A stretch of DNA of 64,000 nucleotides from an uncultured Mycoplasmatota bacterium (GTDB taxonomy: Bacteria > Bacillota_I > Bacilli_A > RF39 > UBA660): contig CANTCQ010000005.1 of assembly GCA_947652325.1 (NCBI GenBank), forward strand, positions 4,727 through 68,726, written 5' to 3'. Position numbers and translations under genes: made by a program. Below the pieces are notes generated by a model. It was not told the origin of the DNA, did no database searches, and was given only the letters and a program-made list of their open reading frames with translations. The stretch's first letter is position 1; each line of letters begins with the position of its first letter. Of this stretch, positions 1 through 9,614 are shown one piece after another.

Positions 1-833
1 TTGCTACTCACATTAGCGCTTTCTTTTTTGTTTTTCTTTTCTTTTTTCTTCTTCTTTTTACCAGTGTTTTCTTCAGGAGGAACAGGAACTGAAAAGAAAT
101 CATCTTGTTGCATTTGTGGATTCGAATTTATAGTTTCTTCATGCATAACTGTTGTATTTTCAAGTTTCTCAACAGGTATTATTCCTTCTTTTGTACTATT
201 TTCTTCATTATATATATCTTTAATGGTATTTATGTTATTTTGTGTTTGCATTTCTATTTGACTTCTATCTACAACATAATTTAATGATTCTGTTGTATTT
301 AAACTTGAAGTTTTTGGAATACTTTCTAGTGTTGATACAGTATTCGAGTTTTGATTTAATGTATCTAATGTGTTTATAGATGGACTACTATTATTAGAAA
401 TTATTGTATTTACGTTTTCTATGGGCTTACTTTCTAATGTTCCATTTTCAAAATTATTTGGTGCAACATTAAGAGTAGAATCTACTTGTATATTATTTTC
501 ATTATTTAAAACAGTAGTTTCTAAAGGTCTATTTGTTGTATTACCAGAAATTGTTTCATTTCCCTGTTGCATTCCGACTTCACTATTTCCATTTAAAATA
601 GAATCCAATGTTGGTTTTATAACAGGTTGTGGCTCTATTCTATTTTCAGATGGATTTACAAAAGCTGTATTTCCGCTTTCTTCTTCCTCTTTTTGAAATA
701 AATTACTCTGTGGTGTTACCGAAGTTATTATGTTATTATTTGATTGTAATTCTGGATTGGTATTTGGTAGTGGATTATTGTTATTTTCCACATGAGTACC
801 TCCATTAAATCCATTTGTATTTTGATTATCCAT
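1..833 (-). CDS. Asn/Thr/Gln-rich low-complexity protein, C-terminus outside window
   Basis: ATG at 831-833 (rc) with an AAAGGGGA Shine-Dalgarno just upstream. The frame stays open to position 1 (MDNQNTNGFNGGTHVENNNNPLPNTNPELQ...). It is absent from the ORF track only because no stop lies in the window. Confidence 0.5.
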   Translation of the reverse strand, partial: MDNQNTNGFNGGTHVENNNNPLPNTNPELQSNNNIITSVTPQSNLFQKEEEESGNTAFVNPSENRIEPQPVIKPTLDSILNGNSEVGMQQGNETISGNTTNRPLETTVLNNENNIQVDSTLNVAPNNFENGTLESKPIENVNTIISNNSSPSINTLDTLNQNSNTVSTLESIPKTSSLNTTESLNYVVDRSQIEMQTQNNINTIKDIYNEENSTKEGIIPVEKLENTTVMHEETINSNPQMQQDDFFSVPVPPEENTGKKKKKKEKKNKKESANVSS

Positions 834-942
834 TGATATCAATCCCCTTTATCATAAAAATATTATAACTTTACTGTCTAAAAAATTCAAGAAAAAACAA
901 AATTCAACAAAAAAAGTGTAAAGAAAAAGTTAAGATAGTCTC

Positions 943-1611
943 TTAACTTTTCTTTATTATTTGCATATAATAGCGAATTTTTGATGCCCAAGTTGAACTT
1001 TCCGCGTATTTTCTTCCAATTTTTTCTGGAGTGGTTAACCCTTTTTGGTAATAATTTTGGGATAAGTTTTTATAAAAGGCTTCTATTCCACTTTCTAAAG
1101 ATTTAAATTTGGCATAACCCGTTGTTCCACATTGTATATTGCCTTTCATCCCACCAACATTATTACATGCACTCGTTAGCCCGCTACATTTTCCTGAATT
1201 ACATCCAGTTTCATGTAAAACAATAGCTAAAGATAAATAAGGGTCTACATTGTATTTTACTGCATACTTGGCAAAAACTCGCCCATACCCTTTTAAGGTT
1301 GATTTTAGATGTTTATCTAATTTTTTTCCTAGCTCTTCTAAAGTTAATCCATCATAGACTCTTTTTTCTTGTTCTTTTAAAAGAGCTTCTTTTTTCTTCT
1401 CATTTTCTTGAATCGCTAATAATTCTCTATTAGCTTTGTCCTCAAATAGTGTTTCGTGAATATATCCATTGCTTGCTACTAGTACGCTTGCAACCGATTT
1501 TTCCGATTGACTACTTTTTTCGTTCCCATCTATTAAATTTGCGGATAAGATGGTTATCAAAAAGATTGCGATTATGGCCGAAATGGCCTTAACCGACGGT
1601 AATTTTTTCAT
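943..1611 (-). CDS. membrane-anchored peptidoglycan hydrolase with glucosaminidase (LytD/FlgJ-type) domain
   Basis: N-terminal TM helix. The C-terminal part follows the glucosaminidase-domain pattern: LAIVLHETG (cf. AQAxLESGWG), NNVGGMKG (cf. NNLFGIKG), YAKFKSLESGIEAF, KYAESSTWASKI (cf. YATDPxYaxKl). Confidence 0.65.
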   Translation of the reverse strand: MKKLPSVKAISAIIAIFLITILSANLIDGNEKSSQSEKSVASVLVASNGYIHETLFEDKANRELLAIQENEKKKEALLKEQEKRVYDGLTLEELGKKLDKHLKSTLKGYGRVFAKYAVKYNVDPYLSLAIVLHETGCNSGKCSGLTSACNNVGGMKGNIQCGTTGYAKFKSLESGIEAFYKNLSQNYYQKGLTTPEKIGRKYAESSTWASKIRYYMQIIKKS

Positions 1612-1769
1612 TTTTACTCTACCTCTTTTTTTGCGGAACGGTTTCTATGTTATCATATTCGAAGAAAAGAGTCAAATTGTGGGCAAAATTTTTTGCGTAT
1701 ATTTGTTCTTATTTTTTATCATTTTCTCCTTTTTTTAGGGAAAGAAAACAAAATCAAAATTTTTTTATT

Positions 1770-2294
1770 TTATGTTCCAAAAAACCAAGAAACAATGATA
1801 AAACTGGCAATAATTCCCACAAAATCTGCAAAAAGACCAGTGGATAGGGCATGCCTTGTTTTGCTAATTTTAACACTTCCAAAATAAAGCGCTAAAACAT
1901 AAATTGTTGTATCTGTACATCCTTGAATAGTAGATGCAAGTCTTCCTGCAAAAGAGTCTGGCCCGAATTTTACAAATATATCGTTCATAATAGCTAGAGA
2001 TGCAGTTCCTGATATGGGTCTTACAAAAGCCATAGGCAAAATAGGAATGGGAATATGAAAACGATTTAAAATAGGTGTGAAAAGACTAAAAATGGTTTCT
2101 AAAATGCCACTATTTAAAAAAATATTAATGGCAAAAACCATTGCAATAATGGAAGGAAATATGTTAAAAACAGTAATAATTCCTTCTTTTGCTCCTTCCA
2201 AAAAAGTATCATAAATAAAAACTTTTTTCTTAAGTCCATATAAAATAACGCTTAAAACAAATAATGGTATGATGATTTTGGAAATGGTATTCAT
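1770..2294 (-). CDS. spmB: spore maturation protein B
   Basis: 174-aa polytopic nucleoside-recognition-type membrane protein whose start overlaps the spmA stop. The order dacB-spmA-spmB matches Bacillus subtilis. Confidence 0.8.
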   Translation of the reverse strand: MNTISKIIIPLFVLSVILYGLKKKVFIYDTFLEGAKEGIITVFNIFPSIIAMVFAINIFLNSGILETIFSLFTPILNRFHIPIPILPMAFVRPISGTASLAIMNDIFVKFGPDSFAGRLASTIQGCTDTTIYVLALYFGSVKISKTRHALSTGLFADFVGIIASFIIVSWFFGT

Positions 2295-2869
2295 CTTTTT
2301 TTTCTCCTTCTTATTTTGTCCAAAGTTAGACCTGCTACACTAGAGCAAATGGTTGCTAAAATAGCTGTCAAAATAATTTCTTCAGGATTTGCACTTTGAT
2401 GCATTAACCTTAAAGCTATAACGGTAGTTGGAATAATGGTAACACCACTTGTATTTAAAACTAGAAAAGTAATCATCGCATCGCTTGCTGTGTCCTTTTT
2501 TTGATTTTCTTTCTGCATTTCTTCCATTGCTTTTAATCCAAAAGGAGTTGCTGCACTTCCAAGTCCTAAAGCATTTGCACAAATATTTGAGGTGATATAA
2601 CCTAAGGCTTTGCTATCTTTTTTTAAAGAGGGAAATAATTTACTTAATAGAGGTCTAAATAATTTAGAAATATTAGCCAAAACTCCACTTTTTTCAGCTA
2701 TTTTCATGATTCCAGACCAAAGAACGAGAATCGGAATTAAATCCAAAACCATTTTAACTCCAGAAGAAGCACTGGTTAAAATCGTATCATTTAGACTAGT
2801 ACTATCTCCAAAAAAAAGAGTAAATAGTATACCAATAATTATAAAAAATCCCCATATTTTATTTATCAT
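2291..2869 (-). CDS. spmA: spore maturation protein A
   Basis: 192-aa polytopic membrane protein overlapping the end of dacB and the start of spmB; conserved operon context. Confidence 0.8.
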   Translation of the reverse strand: MINKIWGFFIIIGILFTLFFGDSTSLNDTILTSASSGVKMVLDLIPILVLWSGIMKIAEKSGVLANISKLFRPLLSKLFPSLKKDSKALGYITSNICANALGLGSAATPFGLKAMEEMQKENQKKDTASDAMITFLVLNTSGVTIIPTTVIALRLMHQSANPEEIILTAILATICSSVAGLTLDKIRRRKKR

Positions 2870-3944
2870 GTTTGAACCATCCTAATATTTTTTTTAGAAG
2901 ACTTTCTTTTTTTTCTTTTGCTTTCTCTAATTCTACATATACATTTACTTCCTTTATCACTTGCTCTTTTAATTTGACTTTTATAGTACCTACTCTATCG
3001 CCATTTTCAAATTTGTTTAACTTTTGTAAATTAATATCAAAAGAAATTTCTTCTTTTTCCCCTTCTTTTAGTAAAAGAAATACATCTTCTTTAAGGTATA
3101 ATTTCTCTTTTTTATAATAATTTTCATTTTCAATTGTAAATGTATTTTTGTCGATTACTTTAATTCGTTCATATTCATTAAATAATCGTTCATATAAATC
3201 TTTGTGGTCTGCCCAATCGTTTCCATCATTTAAAGTAACAATGGTAATATTTTTTTCCTCTTTGCATGCCGTTGTCACAAGGGTACGCCTTGCTTTTTCT
3301 GTAAAACCTGTTTTCCCACCTGTTGTGTAATCATATGTGGATAAAAGCTTGTTTTTATTGGTCCAACTGTAAGTTTTTTTATCACTTTTGGCCACATAAT
3401 TTTTGGTTCCCACCATTTCTTTATAAATCGGATTTTGCATTGCATAACTAGATAAAAGAGCCATATCATATGCTGTAGAAGTATTCCCTTCTCCTTTATT
3501 ATTTTCAAGTCCATGTGGATTTATAAACTTCGTATGATTCATTCCTATTTCTTTTGCCTTCTGATTCATGAATTCAACAAATGTATTAATATCATGTCCA
3601 ACGAATTCTGCTATAGCTAGTGCTGCATCGTTTCCACTACGCATCATAAGCCCATAAAGCAAATCTTTTAATTTCATTGTTTCTCCCACTTCTATATATA
3701 TTCCACTTCCAAAAGCTTTTAATATACTATTCGTTGTTGTAACTTCACTTTCAATATCGGCATTTTCTATTGCAACAATCGCTGTCATGATTTTTGTAAT
3801 ACTTGCAATTAAATGCTCATCGTATGCTTTTTCTTCATAAAGAATACGATTCGTATCAATATCCATAGCTACGATATTTCTTGCAGAATAGGCCTGTACA
3901 TGCATAGGAATAAAAAAAAGTAGAAATAAGAATATCTTTTTCAT
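2859..3944 (-). CDS. dacB: D-alanyl-D-alanine carboxypeptidase (PBP5*-type, sporulation)
   Basis: Signal peptide plus the three penicillin-binding motifs SITK (SxxK), SGN and KTG in the correct order. It lies upstream of spmAB. Confidence 0.9.
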   Translation of the reverse strand: MKKIFLFLLFFIPMHVQAYSARNIVAMDIDTNRILYEEKAYDEHLIASITKIMTAIVAIENADIESEVTTTNSILKAFGSGIYIEVGETMKLKDLLYGLMMRSGNDAALAIAEFVGHDINTFVEFMNQKAKEIGMNHTKFINPHGLENNKGEGNTSTAYDMALLSSYAMQNPIYKEMVGTKNYVAKSDKKTYSWTNKNKLLSTYDYTTGGKTGFTEKARRTLVTTACKEEKNITIVTLNDGNDWADHKDLYERLFNEYERIKVIDKNTFTIENENYYKKEKLYLKEDVFLLLKEGEKEEISFDINLQKLNKFENGDRVGTIKVKLKEQVIKEVNVYVELEKAKEKKESLLKKILGWFKHDK

Positions 3945-3972
3945 ATTGTTTCACCTAAAAAATTGTATGAAA

Positions 3973-4013
3973 AAAACTAGAAATAAATTCACTTTTGCTC
4001 TATTTCTAGTTTT
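3973..4013. terminator. AT-rich perfect 13-bp hairpin, probable terminator of the lipoprotein gene
   Basis: AAAACTAGAAATA (3973-3985) and TATTTCTAGTTTT (4001-4013) form a perfect inverted repeat flanked by A/T runs on both sides. Confidence 0.45.
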
Positions 4014-4128
4014 AAAATTCATTTTATAAATTTTTTTGCCATACTTTTTCTTAAATATTCATTACGAATTAAAACGAATTTATCCACATTTTCATATCTT
4101 CTAATTTCACTAAAAAAGGACTTATGTC

Positions 4129-4674
4129 TTAATCATTTTGATAATTGTAAATTCCATGAATTTTTTCTATATCTTCTGTTTTTACACTATCCAATGTCCA
4201 TTTTCCTTCTTTTTTTACGACTTTAAATTCTATCGTATATTCTATTCTAGTATCTGTTTTTTTCATTTGTTCTAATTTGTATTCTAAAAACTTTTCCGTA
4301 TCATAACTTTTGTCTTCTTTTAAAAACTCTTCTTTGTGCATATTTTTATAATCCTCTGCTTCCTTTTGAGCTTTATATAAATCATAAACGGTTACTTTTG
4401 TTGTTACTATTGCTTCTTCTCCATTATATTTTTCTTCTTCTATTTCATATTTTAAATCCTTATATTGTTTTTTCATAGTGGCTTCATAAATTTCTTTTTG
4501 TTTATCATTTAAATTTTCTTCTTCCATTATATGATTTAATTCAGTAAGTATTTGGGGATTATGATTGTTATATTTTCCTAAGTATTCTTTTACGGCATCA
4601 CTTGCTTTATCGTTTGTACACGCACAACCTACTACAACACTTATTATAATCAATATTGCTATTATTTTTTTCAT
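4129..4674 (-). CDS. lipoprotein, unknown function
   Basis: Lipobox-like N-terminus MKKIIAILIIISVVVGC followed by a charged soluble domain. Confidence 0.6.
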   Translation of the reverse strand: MKKIIAILIIISVVVGCACTNDKASDAVKEYLGKYNNHNPQILTELNHIMEEENLNDKQKEIYEATMKKQYKDLKYEIEEEKYNGEEAIVTTKVTVYDLYKAQKEAEDYKNMHKEEFLKEDKSYDTEKFLEYKLEQMKKTDTRIEYTIEFKVVKKEGKWTLDSVKTEDIEKIHGIYNYQND

Positions 4675-4717
4675 TTTTTATTCTCCTCATCTTTTATTTT
4701 TATATTTCTCAATATTT

Positions 4718-4746
4718 TTCAAAATATACTTTTTATGTGATACAAT
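4718..4746 (+). promoter_or_regulatory. sigma-A-type promoter of trpS
   Basis: TTCAAA (4718-4723), 17-nt spacer, then TG-extended -10 TGATACAAT (-10 hexamer at 4741-4746). The RBS AGGACAGGTGA follows. Confidence 0.4.
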
Positions 4747-4766
4747 AAAGGACAGGTGATGCAAAA

Positions 4767-5750
4767 ATGAAAAGACTTTTAACTGGTTTACAACCGAGTG
4801 GAGAATTAACTTTAGGAAGTTTAATTGGAGGAATAAGACAAAGTGTAGCGTTTCAAGAAGAATATGATTCTTTTATTTTTGTTCCTGATTTACATGCGAT
4901 TACGGTTCCCCAAGACCCTACTCTTTTAAGAGAAAGAATTAAAAAAAATGTTGCTCTTTATCTTGCTTGTGGCATTGACCCTGCTAAAAACACAATTTAT
5001 TTACAATCTCAAAATCTATACCATACCAATCTTTCATGGATTTTAGAGTGCAATACGTATATGGGTGAAGCAAGTCGTATGACCCAATTTAAAGACAAAA
5101 GTAAAAAGCAACAAAATGTTGCTGTTGGACTTTTTACTTATCCTATTTTGATGGCTGCAGATATTCTTCTTTATGATGCTGATTTTGTTCCCGTTGGAAT
5201 TGACCAAAAACAACATGTCGAACTGGCACGTGATATCGCCATCCGATTTAATCATAAATACGAAGATATTTTTACCGTGCCTGCTCCTTTAATTCCAGAA
5301 ATTGGAGCTAAAATTATGAATTTACAAGACCCAACTCGTAAGATGAGCAAATCCGATACAGATACAAAAGGAATCATTTTTCTTTTAGATAGTGAAGAAG
5401 TAATTCGTAAAAAAATAATGGCTGCTGTAACCGATAGTGAAAATAAAGTTTACTATGATATTGAAAAAAAGCCAGGCATTTCAAATCTTTTAACGATTTA
5501 TTCTGCTTTGTCTCACATGAAAATCAATGAGGTAGAAGAAAAATATAAAGAGTATAACTATGGTACTTTAAAAAAAGAAGTTGCTGATTTAGTTGTTTCT
5601 ACTCTACTTGCAATACAAAAAAAATACCAAGAATTTATGGCTGGAAAAGTAGTGGAAAACATCCTAAAAGAAGGTCTTTTAAAAACTAATAAAATTGCAA
5701 AAGAAAAATATGATGCTGTTTTAGAAAAAATAGGCCTTGGTCGTGTTTAG
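4767..5750 (+). CDS. trpS: tryptophan--tRNA ligase
   Basis: 327 aa, class I aaRS. N-terminal GLQPSGELTLGSLIG signature region and a KMSKS motif (KMSKSD), with typical TrpRS length. Confidence 0.95.
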   Translation: MKRLLTGLQPSGELTLGSLIGGIRQSVAFQEEYDSFIFVPDLHAITVPQDPTLLRERIKKNVALYLACGIDPAKNTIYLQSQNLYHTNLSWILECNTYMGEASRMTQFKDKSKKQQNVAVGLFTYPILMAADILLYDADFVPVGIDQKQHVELARDIAIRFNHKYEDIFTVPAPLIPEIGAKIMNLQDPTRKMSKSDTDTKGIIFLLDSEEVIRKKIMAAVTDSENKVYYDIEKKPGISNLLTIYSALSHMKINEVEEKYKEYNYGTLKKEVADLVVSTLLAIQKKYQEFMAGKVVENILKEGLLKTNKIAKEKYDAVLEKIGLGRV

Positions 5751-6388
5751 TTTACTTTATTGTAAGATAGTTTAATCAAATTGTAAATGTTTACCAAAGA
5801 GGTGTTATAGCCTTTTTTTATTGCACTTTTCATTTCTTCATACATGCCATGGATATCTTCACTTGTTTTATTAAACCACTCATAGTATAAATATTTTAAT
5901 TTGCTTGTATTTTGTTTTTGATAAAGTGTTTCAATCTCACATTCAATTAATTTTTGAACTTCTTCCATTTGCCTTACATTTTTTCTTCTAAAATATTTTT
6001 CTTTTTTTTCATACTCCAAATGACTTTCTTTAATGGTAAACATCATTTCAAGTAAATTGGCTTCATCGGAAAGTAATAATTTACTCCGACTAATAACATC
6101 TCCTTCTTTATTGAGTTCTAGAGCTAGTGCGTTTTTAGCATCGCTTATAATACAAGCATACAAAAAAGTATCCGTTGTTGATTTTACAATGGTTTTTTCT
6201 TTTATCATTTCGACTAAGTCTTGGTTAAATTTTGTTTTGTATTTTAATTGGTCTTTTAAAGTTTCTGTCGATACTCGAAATAAAGGAATTTTTTTAATAA
6301 AATCAATAGCATCTTCACTCTTCCATTCGTAAAATTCATACAATTCTTCACTTCCAAAATTTAGTAATACATCGTAATAATAGTACAT
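5747..6388 (-). CDS. conserved hypothetical cytoplasmic protein
   Basis: 213-aa ORF with a GAAAGGCGGA RBS, convergent with and overlapping the trpS stop. No motif I can assign. Confidence 0.55.
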   Translation of the reverse strand: MYYYYDVLLNFGSEELYEFYEWKSEDAIDFIKKIPLFRVSTETLKDQLKYKTKFNQDLVEMIKEKTIVKSTTDTFLYACIISDAKNALALELNKEGDVISRSKLLLSDEANLLEMMFTIKESHLEYEKKEKYFRRKNVRQMEEVQKLIECEIETLYQKQNTSKLKYLYYEWFNKTSEDIHGMYEEMKSAIKKGYNTSLVNIYNLIKLSYNKVN

Positions 6389-6584
6389 TTTTTATCCGCC
6401 TTTCTATTGTCAAAAGAATTAGAATCATTCCAAAAAGAAACAACAAACATTCAAACCTCGTACTAATAAATTTTACAAATTCTAAAAAACTATACCCCAT
6501 TGTGAGTAAATTGGTATAGAGAATGATAAACATGAAGCCAATACTAGAAAGTAAAATACCTAAAAAAACACTTATTATATTCAT
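6348..6584 (-). CDS. small membrane protein (two TM helices)
   Basis: Strong RBS AAAGAGGAG 7 nt before the ATG; two hydrophobic helices. Confidence 0.5.
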   Translation of the reverse strand: MNIISVFLGILLSSIGFMFIILYTNLLTMGYSFLEFVKFISTRFECLLFLFGMILILLTIERRIKNVLLLRCITKFWK

Positions 6585-6653
6585 TTTTGACTCCTCTTTA
6601 TTATTTTATTTCTTATTTCCTATTTTTATTATATAATTAATTAGGTGATAATA

Positions 6654-7463
6654 ATGAAATATGTAATTTATATACTTTTGGGTATTTTACAAGGATTTAC
6701 GGAACCACTTCCTATTTCTTCTAGTGGACACTTATTTCTATTTAAAAATCTTTTTAACACCAACATGTTGAATGATTTAAATTTTGAAATTTTTGTCAAT
6801 TTTGGTTCTTTTTTGGCAATTCTTCTTATTTTTTGGAAAGACATTGTTAAACTTGTGCATTCTTTTTTTACTTATCTTTTTCACAAGAAAAAAAGAGAAA
6901 GTGTTAAAAATGATTTTAAGTATTGTATGTTAATTTTGGTCGGAAGTATTCCCGTTGGCATTACAGGAGCTCTTTTTAAAGATAAATTAGAAAGTGCTTT
7001 ACATATTAAATTATTGGGTATTGCTTTTTTAGTAACAGCTATTTTTTTATTTTTAGTAAAGAATGTAAAGGGAACAAAAGAAGATAAAGACATAACTTAT
7101 AAAGATGCTATTCTTATTGGACTTTTGCAAATGGTAGCCTTATGTCCTGGCATTAGTCGTAGTGGTACTGTTTTAGTAGGTTGTTTATTTTGCAAATTAA
7201 AACGGGAGACGGCTTTAAAATATACGTTTATGCTATATTTTCCAGTTAGTGTAGCTTCGATGGGACTTGGTGTTCTTGACTTTATAGAAAATCCTTTAAG
7301 TATAAGTTTATTTTTCCCTTATGTTTTAGGAATGCTTTTTGCAGGAATAGTTACTTATTTCTCTTATAAATGGTTGAGCGAACTTGTAAAAAAAGGAAAA
7401 CTTTGGAAATTTTCTATTTATTGTTTAGTCTTGGCTTTGTTTATTTTTATTTATTTTAGGTAA
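6654..7463 (+). CDS. uppP: undecaprenyl-diphosphate phosphatase
   Basis: BacA/UppP signature GFTEPLPISSSGHL and a second PGISRSG motif; polytopic. The ATG at 6654 is preferred because the track's GTG at 6645 sits inside the AGGTGA RBS. Confidence 0.9.
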   Translation: MKYVIYILLGILQGFTEPLPISSSGHLFLFKNLFNTNMLNDLNFEIFVNFGSFLAILLIFWKDIVKLVHSFFTYLFHKKKRESVKNDFKYCMLILVGSIPVGITGALFKDKLESALHIKLLGIAFLVTAIFLFLVKNVKGTKEDKDITYKDAILIGLLQMVALCPGISRSGTVLVGCLFCKLKRETALKYTFMLYFPVSVASMGLGVLDFIENPLSISLFFPYVLGMLFAGIVTYFSYKWLSELVKKGKLWKFSIYCLVLALFIFIYFR

Positions 7464-7470
7464 CATTGAA

Positions 7471-7500
7471 AAGGAAACTCAAAATTCAGTTTCCTTTTTT
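7471..7500. terminator. bidirectional rho-independent terminator
   Basis: AAGGAAACT (7471-7479), loop, AGTTTCCTT (7488-7496), then a T-run. It lies between uppP and the convergent thrS remnant. Confidence 0.65.
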
Positions 7501-7505
7501 CTCTT

Positions 7506-7799
7506 TTACTTGCACTCTTTTTTGATTTGGATTATAAATTCTTCAAAACTTATATTTCCATTCTTTTCACTGCCTAACTTTTTATAGTTTACTTTTTTAT
7601 TCTCTTTTTCTTTATCTCCAATAATTAAAGTATAGGGGGTTTTTAAAAGATTGCTTTCTCTTATTTTCTTTCCTAAGCTTTCTTCTCTATTATCATATTC
7701 TACCCAGATATCTTCTTCTCGTAATCTTTTTTTTATTTGCAAACAGTATTCTTCATGATATTTTTGATTTATAGGAATAATATTTACTTGTACGAGAGA
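7506..7799 (-). pseudogene. thrS: 3' remnant of a threonyl-tRNA synthetase gene (anticodon-binding domain only)
   Basis: Open frame SLVQVNIIPINQKYHEEYCLQIKKRLREEDIWVEYDNREESLGKKIRESNLLKTPYTLIIGDKEKENKKVNYKKLG... follows the ThrRS C-terminal pattern (PxQVxVIP...IRVExDxRxEKxGYKIREAQxxKIPYxLVVGDxE). There is an in-frame stop at 7800-7802 and no catalytic-domain coding upstream. Confidence 0.6.
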
Positions 7800-7864
7800 T
7801 TATCTTGAGAACTTTAGTAATTTGTGTTTTTTACACTTTTTTTATTTTTCAGCGAGATTTGAAA

Positions 7865-8953
7865 TTACCTTACTTTTTCTCTTTCTTTTTCAATTTCTTT
7901 TACATCTACTCTGTTTATTGAATCAAAACGTTTGGTTATTTTTTCAGTGGTAATATTTATATCACGCACATCTTTTGAAACAGTATCAATACTTCTAGAA
8001 AGTTTATCCCAACGTTCTTTATATCTTCCAAATTCAAAAGATAATTTATTTAATTCCTCATGGATTACTTTTGCATATTTATCTCTTTCTATATTTTTTA
8101 AAATCATGCCAATTGTAGTTAAAGTACTCATTAAAGTAGTAGGACTCGTTATCCATATTCTTTTGTGGTAAGCCTCTTCTATTAATTCTGTATGATAAGC
8201 ATTTAATTCAGCAAAAATAGCTTCAGCTGGTAAGAAAAGAATCGCTTCATTTGCCGTTTCTCCTGGTAAAATATATTTTGAACTAATAGCACCAATGTGT
8301 TTTTTGACATCCAATTTAAATTGTTTAGTAGCTATATCTCTTGCTTCTTTGGATAATGTTTTATCTGTCATTTTTTGGTAGTTTTCTAAAGGAAATTTAG
8401 AATCAATACAAATTGTTCCTAAAGGACTAGGAGCATAAAGAATCGCATCAGCAATAAAACCATTGGATAGTTTGTGTTGGAGTTCAAAAATACCCGTTGC
8501 ATTTTCTCCAAATACACTATTTAAAATGTAATTTAAATTTACTTCTCCAAAAATACCTCTTGTCTTTTTATCTGTTAAAACACTTTGTAAAGAGACAATC
8601 TCTGTAGATAAACCATCTATTTTCTTTTGGGCTTCATCGATTTTAGAAAGTCTTTCTAAAATATTATTAAAAGTACGATTTGATTTTTGAAAATTATCTT
8701 CAAGACGTTCATTTACTTTATCATTCATATAATTTATTTTATTTAGAATTTGTTCATTTAGATGGTCAAAATCTTTTCTTAAGTCACTTGCAAAGCTTAC
8801 TTTAAATTCTCCTATTTCTTTTGTAACATTTGTTTCAAATCTTCCCATCCGCTCAATCATTTCACTATTGTTCTCAGAATCCTTTCCACGCATAAAAAAA
8901 AGCAATTGCAATACAAAGATTCCAATTAATAGTCCTAGAACTATATATTCCAT
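7865..8953 (-). CDS. rmuC: DNA recombination protein RmuC
   Basis: N-terminal TM, long coiled coil and a C-terminal RmuC-type nuclease-like region (ILFLPAEAIFAEL...WITSPTTLM). The ATG at 8953 follows a GGAGG RBS. Confidence 0.8.
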   Translation of the reverse strand: MEYIVLGLLIGIFVLQLLFFMRGKDSENNSEMIERMGRFETNVTKEIGEFKVSFASDLRKDFDHLNEQILNKINYMNDKVNERLEDNFQKSNRTFNNILERLSKIDEAQKKIDGLSTEIVSLQSVLTDKKTRGIFGEVNLNYILNSVFGENATGIFELQHKLSNGFIADAILYAPSPLGTICIDSKFPLENYQKMTDKTLSKEARDIATKQFKLDVKKHIGAISSKYILPGETANEAILFLPAEAIFAELNAYHTELIEEAYHKRIWITSPTTLMSTLTTIGMILKNIERDKYAKVIHEELNKLSFEFGRYKERWDKLSRSIDTVSKDVRDINITTEKITKRFDSINRVDVKEIEKEREKVR

Positions 8954-8968
8954 TTTTACCTCCAAAAA

Positions 8969-9589
8969 TTATTCTAAATTAAATTTTTTACTTATAATTT
9001 TACTTGAAATATAAGCAATTGTTATTAATATAACTACTTTTATAAGTGCTACTGGATGCGTTATGCTTTGCACCAAACTAGTGCCAACAAACCCCCAAAA
9101 TAAAACCAAAAATATTTTGCCAATCACAAGAGCAAAAGCAAATTTCTTAAATGACATATTGGATAATCCAGAGGCAATATTTACCATAAAAGCTGGGGTA
9201 AATGGTACAGCCATTATACTACATAATTGTTCTACCTTTACTTTATCCACAACATGCATTACTTTTTGAAAACGAGGTCTTTTGTTTATTTTTTGTTTAA
9301 ACCATCCTTTAATTTTTTTTCGAAATAGAAAAAAAGAAAGCAAACAGCCAAGAATGGTAAAGAGCCAAGAAAGAAAAAAACCAAGAATAGGACCAAAAAC
9401 TAAAAAATTTAAGGTAATGAAAACAAATAAAGGAAGTATCGGAACAATAGATTCAATTAAAATGAAAAAACATCCAAGTATTGGACCATAAATTCCCATG
9501 TTCACTAAAAAACTATTGATTATATTGTCTAAATTACCCATAAATTCTTGCATATTCATCACTTTATTATTATAGCATAAACAATACAT
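8969..9589 (-). CDS. TVP38/TMEM64 (DedA-related) family membrane protein
   Basis: Polytopic, with the characteristic VPFTPAFMVNIASGLSNMSFKKFAFALVIGK segment. The true start is probably an internal Met. Confidence 0.65.
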   Translation of the reverse strand: MYCLCYNNKVMNMQEFMGNLDNIINSFLVNMGIYGPILGCFFILIESIVPILPLFVFITLNFLVFGPILGFFLSWLFTILGCLLSFFLFRKKIKGWFKQKINKRPRFQKVMHVVDKVKVEQLCSIMAVPFTPAFMVNIASGLSNMSFKKFAFALVIGKIFLVLFWGFVGTSLVQSITHPVALIKVVILITIAYISSKIISKKFNLE

Positions 9590-9614
9590 TTTATTTTATC
9601 AATATTTGGTTATT

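Noticed and set aside
4675-4766. Expected T-box leader upstream of trpS.
   Set aside because: The intergenic region is only about 90 nt and holds a promoter plus RBS. It has no GGTGGTACC T-box core and no terminator.
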